From Utricularia gibba (lineage: Eukaryota > Plantae > Magnoliophyta): DNA of 64,000 nt. Positions 11,669 through 25,207 of this stretch are shown here, one piece after another. Numbering within the stretch: the first letter of the stretch is position 1; each line of letters opens with the position of its first letter. Location of the stretch: contig NEEC01000009.1 in the NCBI GenBank assembly GCA_002189035.1, positions 2,418,001 to 2,482,000 of the forward strand. The letters are read 5' to 3'. The position numbers and the translations under genes were made by a program. A model generated the notes under the pieces. The model did no database searches. It was not told where the DNA came from and saw only the letters and a program-made list of their open reading frames with translations.

Positions 11669-14600
11669 CTACATTGTTGCAGATGCTTTCACAGTAGGGT
11701 TGTAGACACTGAAGTCCCCGAACTCCCTTTTGCCACTGTCATCAAATGTGCCTTGCTGAAAAAACTTATAAAAAATACTGAAAGATTTGTAAAAGGATGG
11801 TGTATATATTATATACCTGTGCATAACATCCCAGCCAGCAGGCAAGAAACGAGGATGAAGTGCTTCAACGAAAACTTGTCTCCATCTTTGACAGAACTCA
11901 CGAATCCCATCTTCTCCATACTCGTCAAGTAAATGCATCACCATCTTTTTTCCATGTGGTCCATGTCCTAACAAAGATGGCTGCTTGGATACACCAGCAG
12001 TGTCAGGGGTAAAAGTTTCCATCTCGTCACACTTATCTGAATATGATGAATGAGTAGCTTCTCTGGTATCGTCCACTCTGGTAATGGAGCTGCTTTTTTT
12101 CAAATCAGGAATGTTCTTATCGATGGTTTTTGTGAAATCAACTCCTGTCTGTACCAGTGGAAAATATTTAAATGCAAAGCCTCTCTTTTTCTCAAACTTT
12201 CTTTTCTCGTGTGGGCTCATTCCAACAATCATTGCTCTTTCAATATCCCCTTCTTGTAATTCTCTGCCGCCATAGTATGCCTTAATAATCTGCTCACAAC
12301 AGATTATGGAGTTTACAAACTTTGAAACTGAAAACAGATTAGAAATCTAACAACTGCTGTGCTAACCTTCAAAAGTTCTTCCCGACGGTCGGAAGGCATT
12401 TGAGGCCCATGGCGGAGGAGCGCCATGGCAGCCGTGCGTAATTGCAAAGGAGAGACACCAACCTCTTTAAGCTCTGCAAGATTTTGTTCATCATCAAGTT
12501 GTGCTACCCTCTGGATGAACAGAGGTATACCAAATTCAGCTGCTATCTGTCTCTTGTACTTTTCAGCTGCAGCATGTGCTACTTCATGGCAATCAACACA
12601 GAGCAAGACGATATCATGAGAACGGTGACTTTTCAAGTGCTCAGGAAAATGCATTCTGTAACATGATGGTATGATCCTGTATCGCAAGTAGTGCTTCCCT
12701 TCACCACAAGAAACACAAATATTTTTTTTACTCTGAATGTAGAAGACATTATCTTCATCCTCCGGGCGTCCCTTGGGTTCAAAGAGAAGCATGATGGCAG
12801 GAGGGTCATTCTCCACTAGTCTCGCCAGATTACGATTCAAGTACCTGTTCAAGGTGAGGTTAAATGCCATCTGGAATATACAGTGAGAATCAACAGGGAA
12901 GGACGAGCAACAAACCATTCGAGCTTTCTTCGATCGCAATAACATAATAACCGCCCATCATTCGCATATATCTTGCAGTTGTGATATACTGGGGATTTAC
13001 ATGAAAATTTTTGAACAAATAGCTCTCGAGAATTTTTTTTCGCCACAATTTTCGAAGATCTAAATCCATTAGACATTGAAGTGGATCTATTGGTTAGACC
13101 AAGGCCAAGGCCAGCCGTGGACAAAAAGGCACGATTATAAACAGAAAGTGGACAACGACCAGCTGGACTTAGGCAATGCCGCAAACAAAGTTCCAATGCA
13201 TGATCTAGATTAACTGTGTCTCCTTGAAGCAAGTAAAGCAGGTTATCCAAATGAGAGTAAACAACTGGAGAGGGAGACTGTGGAGGCATAAAACTCAGAG
13301 AATCGTCTAACTCAGCTTTTGATATAATTGTGCAAATATCTGCTTCTGTAGAAGGAACCGTATCTGCTAATGCAATGATGGCAGTATCTGATAGTACAAA
13401 TTTCACAGCTTCATCATGGATGCGAGCCTGAAACAATGCAATATTATCAAAGTTGCAACTAATTAGAAGGAATATAGAACTAAGCCGGCTTTAAACACTA
13501 TGCACTAACCATTATATCCCTCCATAGGCATAATCTTCTCACACAGTCCTGAAACTAAAAAAAGTTTATCGTCAGAATCGACAACTCAATGGTAATGGTT
13601 GCTTTTTTCGTTTTTGATAAAGATTCATGCAGCAAGATACCTTGCTGTCACAAAGATTCGATGGCAAGCTTCCCTGAACATTCATAGAACGAGAAATCAG
13701 AGAGGTTGCTGCTACATCTCCAGGGAAAGCTTCAAAATCTTTTAAAAAGAGTTGCATACAACTTGCATTTGAACGTCGGCTAGCCTCAAGAAGGAAGTGG
13801 GATTCGTCACCAGGAGCCTGATTTTCTGATACAGTTACTGTCTCAGAAGTGGCACCACAAAGAATTGAAAAGAAAGCAGTATTGCTGTCTTCATTATGTA
13901 CCAGCGGTAATACAATTTAAAAATGAGTTGGCATTTTCCTAAAAATAAAACGTTGAGATTACATGCAAAAGGAACAAAGTGCAATGCCTATTTTGCATAG
14001 TAAAAAAAAGCAATCTTGAAACAACCAACAACTTTCTCCCTTACGTAACAAGATGGAGAAAAAAAAATAGTCTAATCCAAAATTCCATGCACAAATAAAG
14101 AAGACTTGACAAGGGAACTAATAAAATAGTACATGGTTGAAAACTAGTGTATTCATTTGGCAAGCATCAAGCTAACGAATATGTTGGCATGTATATACAT
14201 TTGAAAAGAATGCCGTACCTGTGTAACACTGTTTAAGCTCCATGCAGAGGCATCTTACTATGTATAGCAAATAATGTGTATCCATTTGAGCATATTCTAA
14301 CATTTCTAATGGTAATGGGCGTTGTCTCCAGTCTTCCCTCTGTAGTTCAATCGGTGGATCAATGACTTGAAGGTGGAAAATGCATGCACATACATATTAA
14401 AGAATCAGATTTATGTTGCATATATTTTAGTTTCCAAACATAGAGCTGCAAGACTTCAAGTTGTCCTCTTCACTTCACTGATTAAAAGAAAGGATACAAG
14501 AAATCTAAGATGAAAAGAAAGCAAAAAGTTCTATCATGAACAGGCAATAATCAGACAGGAATACATAAACTACCATAAACATGTTCTTAATAATTGTGTA

Positions 14601-16199
14601 CTGGCTAAGCAATATGAAAAGATTGTAAATACACAAGGCTGAATACAATAGCCAAACCTGCAAAGACTTGTTCTTGCTGACATTACAGTATGTTTCAAGC
14701 AAATACGCCAGAGATCTCTGCGGTTTAGATAACACATCGCATGCCTGAGATTAGAACATGGAAGCCATTAGCACCAGGATGACTGGCTTATGAACTTACT
14801 AAACAGCTATCACCTAAGAATGCCACCCCTACGGCGCATCATGCATTGGGCTTACTGTCTAAATACGACTTAGCAATTAATCATGACATCGGGTCACATG
14901 CAACAGCCAAAACTGGAGACAATGAATTAAAAGAAAAAAAAATTACGAGTGTTGAAAGAGGGAGAATTTTAATGTCATATGGTGAAACAATTTTTCCCTA
15001 AAACTACACACTATCACGAATAAAGTCATAAATTGATGTAGTAGAGATTTCACGAAGTGAAAATTTCCCTTACACTTTTCTGCAGTTGTTTTTCTATGTA
15101 TTATGTAGTGTTGGTTATCGAGTAAATATCAGACATCCAACTTTAAAAAAACTACGCTAAATAAAAAGAATTATGCAACGGGAGAGAGAGGGAGAGAGAG
15201 AAGCAGATAACCTTAGCCGTGTCAAATAAACTAACAACATATATGTGAAAATCCCTTTGAAGCCAAAGAATATCGTTGTCAGCGCCGTGGAAAACCTGCA
15301 GCATTACCTATTCTCAGTTAAACTTGGCATGCATGCAGATTGAGAAACATAAACCACATCACCTACATCAACTCTATTTGCAGGTAAAACCATGATGAAT
15401 CGCACCTTGCATATACCTGGATCAGAAAACACTGATCTAAGAATTCCCATTTCATCATGCAGTGCAATTGTGTCAACCAAGTAGTCCTTCCGTTTAGTTG
15501 ATATCTGTTCAATTGTTTTCAATACTTAATAGCTGTAAGAAAAACAAAGTTCAACTATCTATATCAATGCAAAAGATGTTGTACATAAGCAGTCACAGCA
15601 TACACGGGAGAATGATTGAATTCACACGCACCTGAACGAGAGCCGTGAAACCTAAGAAGGATCTCAAGCTGTGCTGCTCGGTGTCCACCGCTATTACCCT
15701 TTCTTTTTCTAGTTCCTGAGCCAGTTTGACTAACTGATCACGAGTATCGACCCAAGTATAAAATGATCCCAGATCCAAGCTCAGCTCCTCGGAATCAACA
15801 AGAAACTCAAAAAACTCTAAATTGGGTGTCTTGATCAACTTGGAAATCACTTCTCTATATGGATGCGCGTTTGAGTAATCTGCCAACCGCTGAACAAAAT
15901 CACTAAAATGAATAACAGAGGGAAATTATAAAAGTGTATGCCTTACCGTGAGAGTTTTCTGGCTCTTTATATTTTCGAAGCTGGTAGTGCTTGAACTGCG
16001 AGTAGGAGTTATCCGCCAAGACATGCTTGAAGGCTTGCTGCGGCTTCGATTCAGAATTCAAATAGCATGAACTCTTCCCTCGTGGCGCAGCCAAAAATTT
16101 CTTCAGAATGCTAACAGAGACTACAAATGCTACGAAACAAGTGATTGCGATAGTAAGCACCGCTGGGTTCAGCCCATCCTCGATCACATTCAGTTCCAT
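11669..16199 (-). CDS. RRP6L3: RRP6-like 3 3'-5' exoribonuclease (DEDDy + HRDC + C-terminal Cys/His domain)
   Basis: All exons splice in frame. Motifs: N-terminal [112 protein letters not shown]. Confidence 0.93.
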
Positions 16200-16587
16200 T
16201 GATGGATACCGCAGACCCGGACACCAATGCAGGACTTTTCTCAAAAAACAAAAAACCTCCATTCAATCTATCCAGATTGCGTATTTTAATCTTACAAAAT
16301 CAAACAAGAACGGATAGTGCTTTCAATCGTCATTCTTAGTTCGAGGACAAGGTCGCCATTGAAGCAGCGAGCGGCTTTCGAGGAACGACTCGTCCTTCGG
16401 GCCACGCCTGCTCCCGCGTCCGCAGTGAGCCCAAGTATAGGCCCATGAACACCACCACCCCCGTCGCGTTCTGTCCGGCCCACACACGAAAGGAGTGCCC
16501 AATAACTGCCGAGCCACCCTTCGAACAGGTTCCCGGCCCAGACGATGGAATCATGAATTAGCTTAAATTTAATTGCATATATAAAAT

Positions 16588-16622
<35 letters not shown>
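16588..16622. repeat. (TA)n microsatellite
   Basis: Near-perfect TA run read directly from the sequence. Confidence 0.9.
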
Positions 16623-16623
<1 letters not shown>

Positions 16624-16695
16624 TTTAAATAGTGGAAATCAATTATACTAGATAATACTAAATGTGTCATTTTCACCGCATGCACCATGTGCTTA

Positions 16696-18156
16696 TTACA
16701 GTCTTAGCCACGTGTCTCCATCAATGAACTTAGTGGTAAGAAATGGCGTTGCTTCCGTCAAGTTCAATTTTTTGCTCCACTCGACTCGTCGGCTTGTATC
16801 GGCTCCTTCTCCCCTGCAATCGTACTCTGCAAACTCAACAGTTCTGCAGAAAAATCAAAGCTTCATAAGCTCCCATTTCCTTTTTCTTTTGGTCCCCAAG
16901 TTTTTAGGGTAAGGAGATTTGTGTACTTGTGTTTGCATGGATTTTTCCAATCCTCCCATCCTCCCGCCCGGACACGAACGTTGATTTCACAACGGGAATA
17001 CACTATGCGGGAGTAGTTCCCCCATGCCCTGCCCAGATACACCTCCCCGGTTCCAGTGATGGTCGAGTCCACGATCGAGAATCCGGTGTCCTCCGCGGCT
17101 GAGCTCCGACGATGAGCTGCCAAGGCGTACGAGTTATTTCCTATGGCGGAGATGGTGCACTCCTGAACCATGCATCTAAAGCAAAAGTTAATTTGGTTAT
17201 CTGGGTGTTACTCCTGCATTGAGTCTCACCATCCTTACCTTGTACAGAGACCTCCCATTTCCGAAGATGAAGTCAGTTGAGCCTTGAATGAAGCATCGGA
17301 AAAAGTAATGAGAACCCATTTCATCAAGGAGCGTATCCTGTGAGCCCAGAAACCGAACTTTGTAGAACATAGACTTGTCACCTTTGATGCGGAGGGCCAC
17401 CGCCTGGTAGCCCTGGATCCCGCTCCCTTGTTGAACCACCGTGTTCTACTACCATTTGGCATGTATTTCAGTTCGAGAGGCAAGAGGCATTTCCTTGTTT
17501 TTTTTTGGAGTACCTGAAAGGTGATCTCTGATGCACAGAAGTAGTCTGATAGCACTGTGACAGAAGCTGAGTTCCATGTCCCCAAGTGTCTCCCTCCTTC
17601 CTGTACCTCATCCGAAGCCTTGTCGTGCCACGATATTACTGTCTCTGATGCCTGGTTCTTGTTTCCGATCAATGAGATGTAGGGTTTGTTCTTGGGAATG
17701 TGAACCTTTTCTCTACGTTTGCGAATTCTAGTTACCAAGTACTCCAAAATCAACAACAGAAATGAGCAGCAAGTGCAGAAACAGAACGACTCCCATGAAA
17801 AACCCAACTCAGAAACTCAGTTACAAACGAAAAAGACTCCATATCTTGATCTGGGAAGAAAGGAACACCCAAGGAGCGTGCAATAACCTGTACTCGCCAG
17901 GGCGAACGTGAATCTTCACCCTTCTGGTATTATTCTCGGGAACCAAATCGACAGCCCCTTGAATGGTTGCCGAATCTCCGTTCCCCATCCTATCAACCAC
18001 GATCACCCGGCTTCGATCGTCGCCCCAGAACTGGAACCCCCAGCCGTAGTGCACCTTCAGATCCCTCCATGTGATGTAGTCGACGGCCCGAGTAGCGCCT
18101 CCGTCGCCTGCCGCCAACACGACCAACATAAAGAACCCCCAGCCACGCACACTCAT
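16696..18156 (-). CDS. QRT1: Pectin methylesterase QUARTET1-like (5 exons)
   Basis: Signal peptide, YITWRDLKV, GDSATIQGAVD, QAVALRIKGDK, QDTL, DFIFG, YLGRAWG. The last exon (16696-16843) reads TVEFAEYDCRGEGA...FIDGDTWLRL*. Confidence 0.93.
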
Positions 18157-18640
18157 CGACAAGAAAGCACTGCACCTCTGCCCTCACCAGCAACGCAGCC
18201 GGAGTGCGCAGAGGGGTTTAAGAACGGAGGAGGATCTGGAAGCGAACAAAAAGACGGGTTGTTGGGCAACATCTGTTGACACATACACAAACCATATAAC
18301 AAATACGCAGCACAGCTGCTGTTCTTTTCACAAGGAATACGTTGGTTGCTCCATCTATCTCCTATCTACACCTATATGTTACCACAACTTTTGGAGTGTA
18401 TATTTAAAATTTCACGGGGTATTTTGGAAAATTTTTAAAATCTATTTTTATTTTTCAGAAATAAAAATAGTTTTATTCTAAAACATTTTTAATTGTAAAA
18501 GTAATTTTATCAAAAACATTTTTAAAATTATAATTATTTTAATCTGTTGAATATTTGAGGCTCGAAACTAGATTCAAGCTTTTATGGATAAACCCAACGG
18601 ATTGAAAGCAAATTTCGAAATAATATGTTATGGTGTGTTA

Positions 18641-18641
<1 letters not shown>

Positions 18642-18706
<65 letters not shown>
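18642..18706. repeat. Compound microsatellite (TAAA)n(TA)n
   Basis: Read directly from the sequence. Confidence 0.9.
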
Positions 18707-18711
<5 letters not shown>

Positions 18712-19475
18712 AATATAAACATGCAGTCAACAAACACGTAAATTAGATTTAATCCAATTCAAAACTATCTATTAAATACAATTTTAATATTTTTATTATA
18801 ATTATTAATTTTTCACCAGGTGGGGGGGGCCTACCGTAATCCTTTTCCTTCAGGAACGTCATAGGCGCAAATAGCCTGCGGGGGTCCCCCGTGGAATATT
18901 GCAGAAAGTATGATACCATTTTGTAAATAAATAAATACACCCCTGAAAATATTAATTTATTTATTCATATTTTGGTTTTTTTTTTAATGCCATTGTTTTA
19001 ATTGGTAAGGGTCAGATGTATCCAATAAGATGAGTTGACTTGAGGACCAAGGTGTCATTAATTGACACGTGCGATTGTGCACATTAAAGGAGCAATTTTA
19101 GGAAATAAATTTTTTTCTTGTTTTTTTAGGAATTATTTAGAAAAATTACCTTTTAAAAAGACAAAATGTCACTAGAGAGTGTTTGTGGTGACGTGGCAGT
19201 GTCTTGGTCACCACGGTCTCTCCTGCTCAAGGAAACTAAAAGCTCGTCCAATCCCCAGACGACAATTGCTTAGCTGTCCGAGGGGCCTTTTCTTGAAAAG
19301 AAAAAGGAAAAAAAGAGGAGGAAGAAGAAGGGAAAAGAGTGATTGCAGCGCACGGCGCACAGCACTCATCTTTTGACGACTCGAGTTTTTTCAAACTTAA
19401 TATTTTCTATGAATTAAAAATGGTTTTTTCAGGATCAATATAAATATACGTTTCCACACGTTTGATTCCATTATT

Positions 19476-22400
19476 ATGATGAGTGCACTCCCTTTTGTTG
19501 CTGGGGTTGGCGGTTCTGGGGATATGGGTGGTGATTTCTTTCTCAACCCAGTGCACCTACGTTTCTTGACAGCCTCTCTGCACCTAGTGTTGTTGTTTGT
19601 AGTGTTGTTTTCGTGGCTCTGCAAAAGTTTTTCGAGCCATGAGGAGGATGAGGATCGGAAGATCAAAGTTTTCCGGCCCAGGATTAGTTACTATAAGTCA
19701 ACAATGTTTACATGTTTGGGATTTTCGGTGTTCAATCTTGTTCTCTGTCTCTTAAGTCTTTTTTATTGGTATAAAAATGGCTGGAGTGACGAAAAGATTT
19801 TAATTTTCGTTGAATATGCGGTGAAAGCGGTGGGATGGCTAGCTCTTTATCTCTTCCTGCAAATTCCTTTGTCAAACTCTTTGGAAACCAAGTACCCTGT
19901 TGCTTTGAGGGTTTGGTGGGGGCATTCCTTTGTGTCTCTGGTTACTGTGTAGTGATAGACATTTTTTATTATGGGAGTCATGGGTATTTACCATCTCTGT
20001 TTTGGAGCTCTGATGCTCTTTCATTAGTGATGGGTTCTGGATGCTGTTGTATGGTGTTTTTGGGTAGGAAAAGTTATGAAAGTATCAACCCTGAAGCCGA
20101 GGAGCCACTCCTCATTTCTGCACCTCTTAAAGGTGACGAAACTGTGACACCTTACGCTAAAGCTGGGAGTCTTAGTCTTCTTACTTTCTCTTGGATGGGT
20201 CCCTTAATTGCTCTTGGATACAAGAAAATCTTGGATCTTGAGGATGTTCCTCAACTTGCTGATCCTGATAGTGTTAAGGGGACGTTTCCGATTTTGAATG
20301 GCAAGCTTGAATCTTACCGTGGAGAGAACAACAAAATCACTGCTTTGATGTTAGCCAAGGGCCTAGTGTTCACCGTTTGGCGCCCTATTGCACTCTCTGG
20401 TTTCTGTGCGCTGGTATCTACATTAGCCTCTTATGTAGGTCCTTATCTCATTGAAAACTTTGTTCGGTACTTGAATGGACAAAGGCACTTAAAAAATGAA
20501 GGGTATATGCTAGTTTCTGCATTTGTTGTGGCAAAGTTGTTTGAGTCCTTCGGACAGCGGCACTGGTTCTTTTTGGCGCAGCAGGGTGGATTTAGGGCGA
20601 GATCAGCATTGGTTTCGAAAATTTATAACAAGGGATTGACTCTATCTTGCCAATCAAAGCAAGGCCAGACTACAGGGGAGATTATAAATTTCATGGCTGT
20701 GGACGCAGAAAGGGTAGGAGACTTTTCTTGGTACATGCACGATATATGGATGACGGTTATACAAGTTGTGCTAGCACTAGTAATATTATACAAAGATGTC
20801 GGCCTTGCTTCAGTCACTGGACTTATTGCTACCGTAATCGTAATGCTGTTAAATGTTCCATTGGCCAATTGGCAGGAGAAGTTTCAGGATAATCTTATGA
20901 AAACTAAGGATGAAAGAATGAAGACAACTTCTGAGATACTGAAAAATATGAGAATTCTCAAGCTTCAGGCTTGGGAAACTAAGTTCCTTGATAAAATCAT
21001 GGATATTCGGGGTGTTGAGGCAAGTTGGTTGAAGAAATATCTTTATACTGGTGCAGCAACAACGTTTGTCTTCTGGGTTGCCCCTACATTTGTATCCGTG
21101 GTTACTTTTGGCTCTTGTATTCTAATGGGAATTCCCCTGGAGTCAGGAAAGATTCTTTCTGCCATTGCAACTTTTAGAATTCTTCAAGAGCCTATATACA
21201 ATCTTCCTGACACAATATCCATGGTTGTTCAGACTAAAGTTTCCCTTGATCGAATTGCATCATTTCTTTCTCTTGATGATCTTCAAGTAGATGTTGTTGA
21301 GAAGCTTCCTGCTGGAAGTTCGGACACAGCTGTAGAGGTGATCAGTGGGAACTTCAGTTGGGAGGAATCCTCTACTCCTACGCTGAAGAATATAAATTTT
21401 GAAGTTTCTCATGGCATGAAGGTTGCAGTATGTGGATCAGTTGGTTCAGGCAAGTCAAGCTTGCTTTCTTGTCTTCTAGGAGAAATGCCAAAGATATCTG
21501 GCACCATAAGGCTATGCGGATCAAAGGCATATGTTCCTCAGTCTGCGTGGATTCAAAGTGGAAGGATTGAAGAAAACATACTTTTCGGCAAATCAATGGA
21601 CATCCACAGGTACAACAGGGTCTTGGAAGCATGCGCATTGAAGAAAGACTTGGAAATACTTCCCTATGGAGACAAAACTGTAATTGGTGAAAGGGGAATA
21701 AATATGAGTGGGGGTCAGAAGCAGAGGATACAGATTGCAAGAGCTTTATATCAAGATGCTGATATTTATTTGTTTGATGATCCCTTCAGTGCTGTGGATG
21801 CTCATACAGGAACACATCTTTTCAATGTAAGAATTGTTATAGAATTTTTAGATATCTTGCAATTGCAGCCTAATGTTTTTTCGTCTGTGATTCAGGAATG
21901 CATTCTTGACTTTCTATCCTCTAAAACTGTAATCTATGTCACACATCAAATGGATTTTCTGCCATCTGCTGATCTGATTCTGGTAGGTTGGTCGTTCATC
22001 TCTTGTTTGATGGGATTCAAGAGCCAAACTAAAATTTAATGGCTGTCATCAGGTGATGAAGGATGGAGAAATTAAAGAAGCTGGAAAGTATAATGAACTC
22101 CTCAAATCAGGAAGCAATTTCATCGAGCTTGTTGGGGCACATGAAGAGGCTTTGGCTTCTCTTGAATTAGATACAAAAATTTCTAGTGAGCAAACCACTT
22201 CTGTACAAGGAAAAGCTGCCTCTCTACAGAACCAAGAGTCTCTTAAAGATAGAAATGATGGTAAAGAAGGAAAGAGGCAGCTTGTTGAAGAGGAAGAAAG
22301 AGAGAAAGGAAATGTTGGACTTTCTGTTTACTGGAACTACATCAGAACAACATATGGAGGACTTCTAGTACCTTTTGCTTTGTTGTCACAAATTATGTTT

Positions 22401-24647
22401 CAATGTTTTCAGATTGGAAGCAACTTCTGGATGGCTTGGGCAACTCCTGTATCAAAAGATGTGGCTGCCCCTGTTGGACACTTGACACTTCTTCTCGTTT
22501 ATGTGATTCTCTCCATTGCAAGTGCTATGTGCATATTTAGCAGGGCCCTGCTTGTTGCGACAATAGGCTACAAGACAGCAAACATTCTCTTCCAGAAGAT
22601 GCTTCACTGCATATTTCGTGCTCCAATGGCTTTCTTTGATTCAACTCCCAGTGGCCGAATTTTAAACAGAGTACGTAACTATTTCTGTAGACTTAACTTC
22701 CGGCCTAGTTCTAAGTTTCCCCCCTTTGTGTTTTCACAGGTTTCAACAGATCAGAGTACAGTTGATATGAACATAGCCTCCATTCTTGGGGCTTCTGCTT
22801 TTTCCATGATACAACTTATAGGCATCATTGCTGTTATGTCACAGATTGCATGGCAAATCTTCCTTGTTTTTATTCCTATGATAGCAATTTGCATAATGTT
22901 GCAGGTACATTCTCCCATCCCTGAAGTAGATTCCATCTTTTTTTTCGCCTTGCATTTTTCATGTTCTTGACTCAGTACTCAGAGTCAATCCTTCCTGCCT
23001 TGGCAGAGATATTACATTTCTTGTGCTCGAGAGCTTGCTCGTCTGGTTGGTATATGCAAGGCTCCAGTTATTCAACACTTTTCAGAGTCACTCTTAGGAT
23101 CCACCACAATTCGGAGTTTTGATCAGCAGCTGAGATTCCGTGAGTTAACCATGAAACTGATTGATGCATACGCAAGACCGAAGTTTCACACTGCTGGTGC
23201 CATGGAATGGCTGTGCATTCGTTTGGATATGCTTTCACTTGTTACTTTCACCTTTTCATTGATGTTCCTGGTCTTCGTGCCTGTAGGGACCATAGATACA
23301 AGTGAGTTTTACATACTCATTCGCTGCTTTAATCCTTCATCTGTTTTCTCACTGCTGGTTTCTTCCAATGGTTGATTGTAGGCGTTGCTGGTCTGGCTGT
23401 GACTTATGGCCTTAGTTTGAACATGCTACAAATGTGGGTTGTATGGAACCTGTGCAACATGGAGAATAGAATAATTTCAGTGGAAAGAATACTTCAATAT
23501 TCAAAGATTCCAAGTGAACCACCTCTAGTGGTTGAATCAAATAGACCATCGAGCAACTGGCCAACTCAAGGAGAAGTGAATATACAACAGCTCGAGGTAA
23601 TCTTCTAAAACATCAGTAGAGTGAGCTATGAGCATTCATGAACTTTGGCTAGCTTTATCAGTGAGAAATGTGTCATCAGGTAAGATATGCTCCACATTTG
23701 CCACTAGTTCTCCGGGGCCTCACATGTACCTTCCTTGGAGGAAGGAAAACTGGAATAGTTGGGAGAACAGGAAGTGGTAAATCGACTTTGATTCAGACAC
23801 TCTTCAGATTGGTTGAACCAACTGCTGGAAAGATCTTGATTGATGGTGTTGATATCTTGTCAATTGGGCTCGGTGATTTACGGTCTCGACTAAGCATAAT
23901 CCCACAAGATCCAACAATGTTCGAGGGAACTGTTCGAAGCAACCTTGATCCTCTTGAAGAGTACACAGATGATCAAATATGGGAGGTAAGGGAAGTGGTA
24001 CCTACTTGTGTCTCAGCTGATTAGTCTCACTTATCTATTGTTGCTTTTGCTGCTCCAGGCTCTTGATAAATGCCAACTTGGTGATGAGGTCCGAAAGAAG
24101 CCTGAGAAGCTCGACTCTTCAGGTTTGTGTGCCACTGTCTGGTTACCTTAGTGATAGCACGAGATAGTCTTCTTTTGTCATGGAAAAGTTTGTTTGTTCT
24201 TCAGTGTCTGAAAATGGGGAGAACTGGAGCGTGGGACAAAGGCAGCTTGTTTGTCTAGGGAGGGTGCTGCTGAAGAAGAGCAGAGTTCTGGTTTTAGATG
24301 AAGCAACCGCCTCTGTTGACACATCAACTGATAACTTGATACAGCAAACTCTGAACAGACATTTCTCAAACTCAACTGTCGTTACAATTGCACACAGAAT
24401 AACCTCCGTTGTAGATAGCCACATGGTCTTGCTGTTAGACAACGGTATGTGTGCTTACTTAAAGACAACCTGGCTCCTATATGTAAGATACTGATTCATA
24501 TTGTCTTCTGTTGCAGGCCTTCTCAAGGAATATGGTACACCAGAGAGATTGCTACAAGACAAATCATCTTCATTTGCAAAACTAGTAGCAGAATACAGTA
24601 TGAGATCAAGTAGTAGCTATCAGAACCTTGCAAATGCTACTGTATAA
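19476..24647 (+). CDS. ABCC3: ABC transporter C family (MRP), ABCC3-like; apparent -1 frameshift at 19918-19922
   Basis: TMD0-TMD1-NBD1-TMD2-NBD2 layout. Walker [10 protein letters not shown] and GRTGSGKST; signatures MSGGQKQR and WSVGQRQL. Downstream exons splice in frame to ...[19 protein letters not shown]. Confidence 0.93.
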
Positions 24648-25207
24648 CAAGTGTGCCTTTCTAACACAAAGGCATTATGGTGATGAAAACTAACCAAGAT
24701 ACATCATCATTTTCTGGATGTGGAATAAAGAGGGCTTGTACATATTCAATCTAGCAATCAAACGAATTGGTTACAATCCATTTACTCGTTCATATTCAAG
24801 ATGCCCCTGACAAACTTCTCCTTTGGCACTCATTCTGAACTTCAATCTTTAATTGCATCATCTAGCTCAAGATAGGTCTTTCTCTTGAGAGGTTCTGTCA
24901 ATCAATTACGGATAAGACAACAAAGTTACAGCATGGTTCTGATGTAAATTGAATGTGATCATTGAGAGAACCTGGTTTTGAGCAGTCGTGATCACTATGA
25001 CCTGGGTCGTGTACCTCCTGGTGCACCGCACATTTTATGTAGCTAGCAGTATATTGCAAAGTCGTTCTTTATCAATGATGATCAGTTGGTGCCAGAGCAA
25101 AGTTAGCTCTATGACTATTTTTCCGGAAAAAGGTGGAGCTTGTAGTTACAAAGAACTAAGAAAGTATGCATCTATTCAGCAATGGTTCAGAAAGCTAAGA
25201 AGAGACA

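Noticed and set aside
16292-16554. Three overlapping minus-strand ORFs that could be the last QRT1 exon
   Set aside because: The true last exon with the PME C-terminal motif is at 16696-16843. This GC-rich, site-II-containing stretch fits the RRP6L3 promoter and leader.
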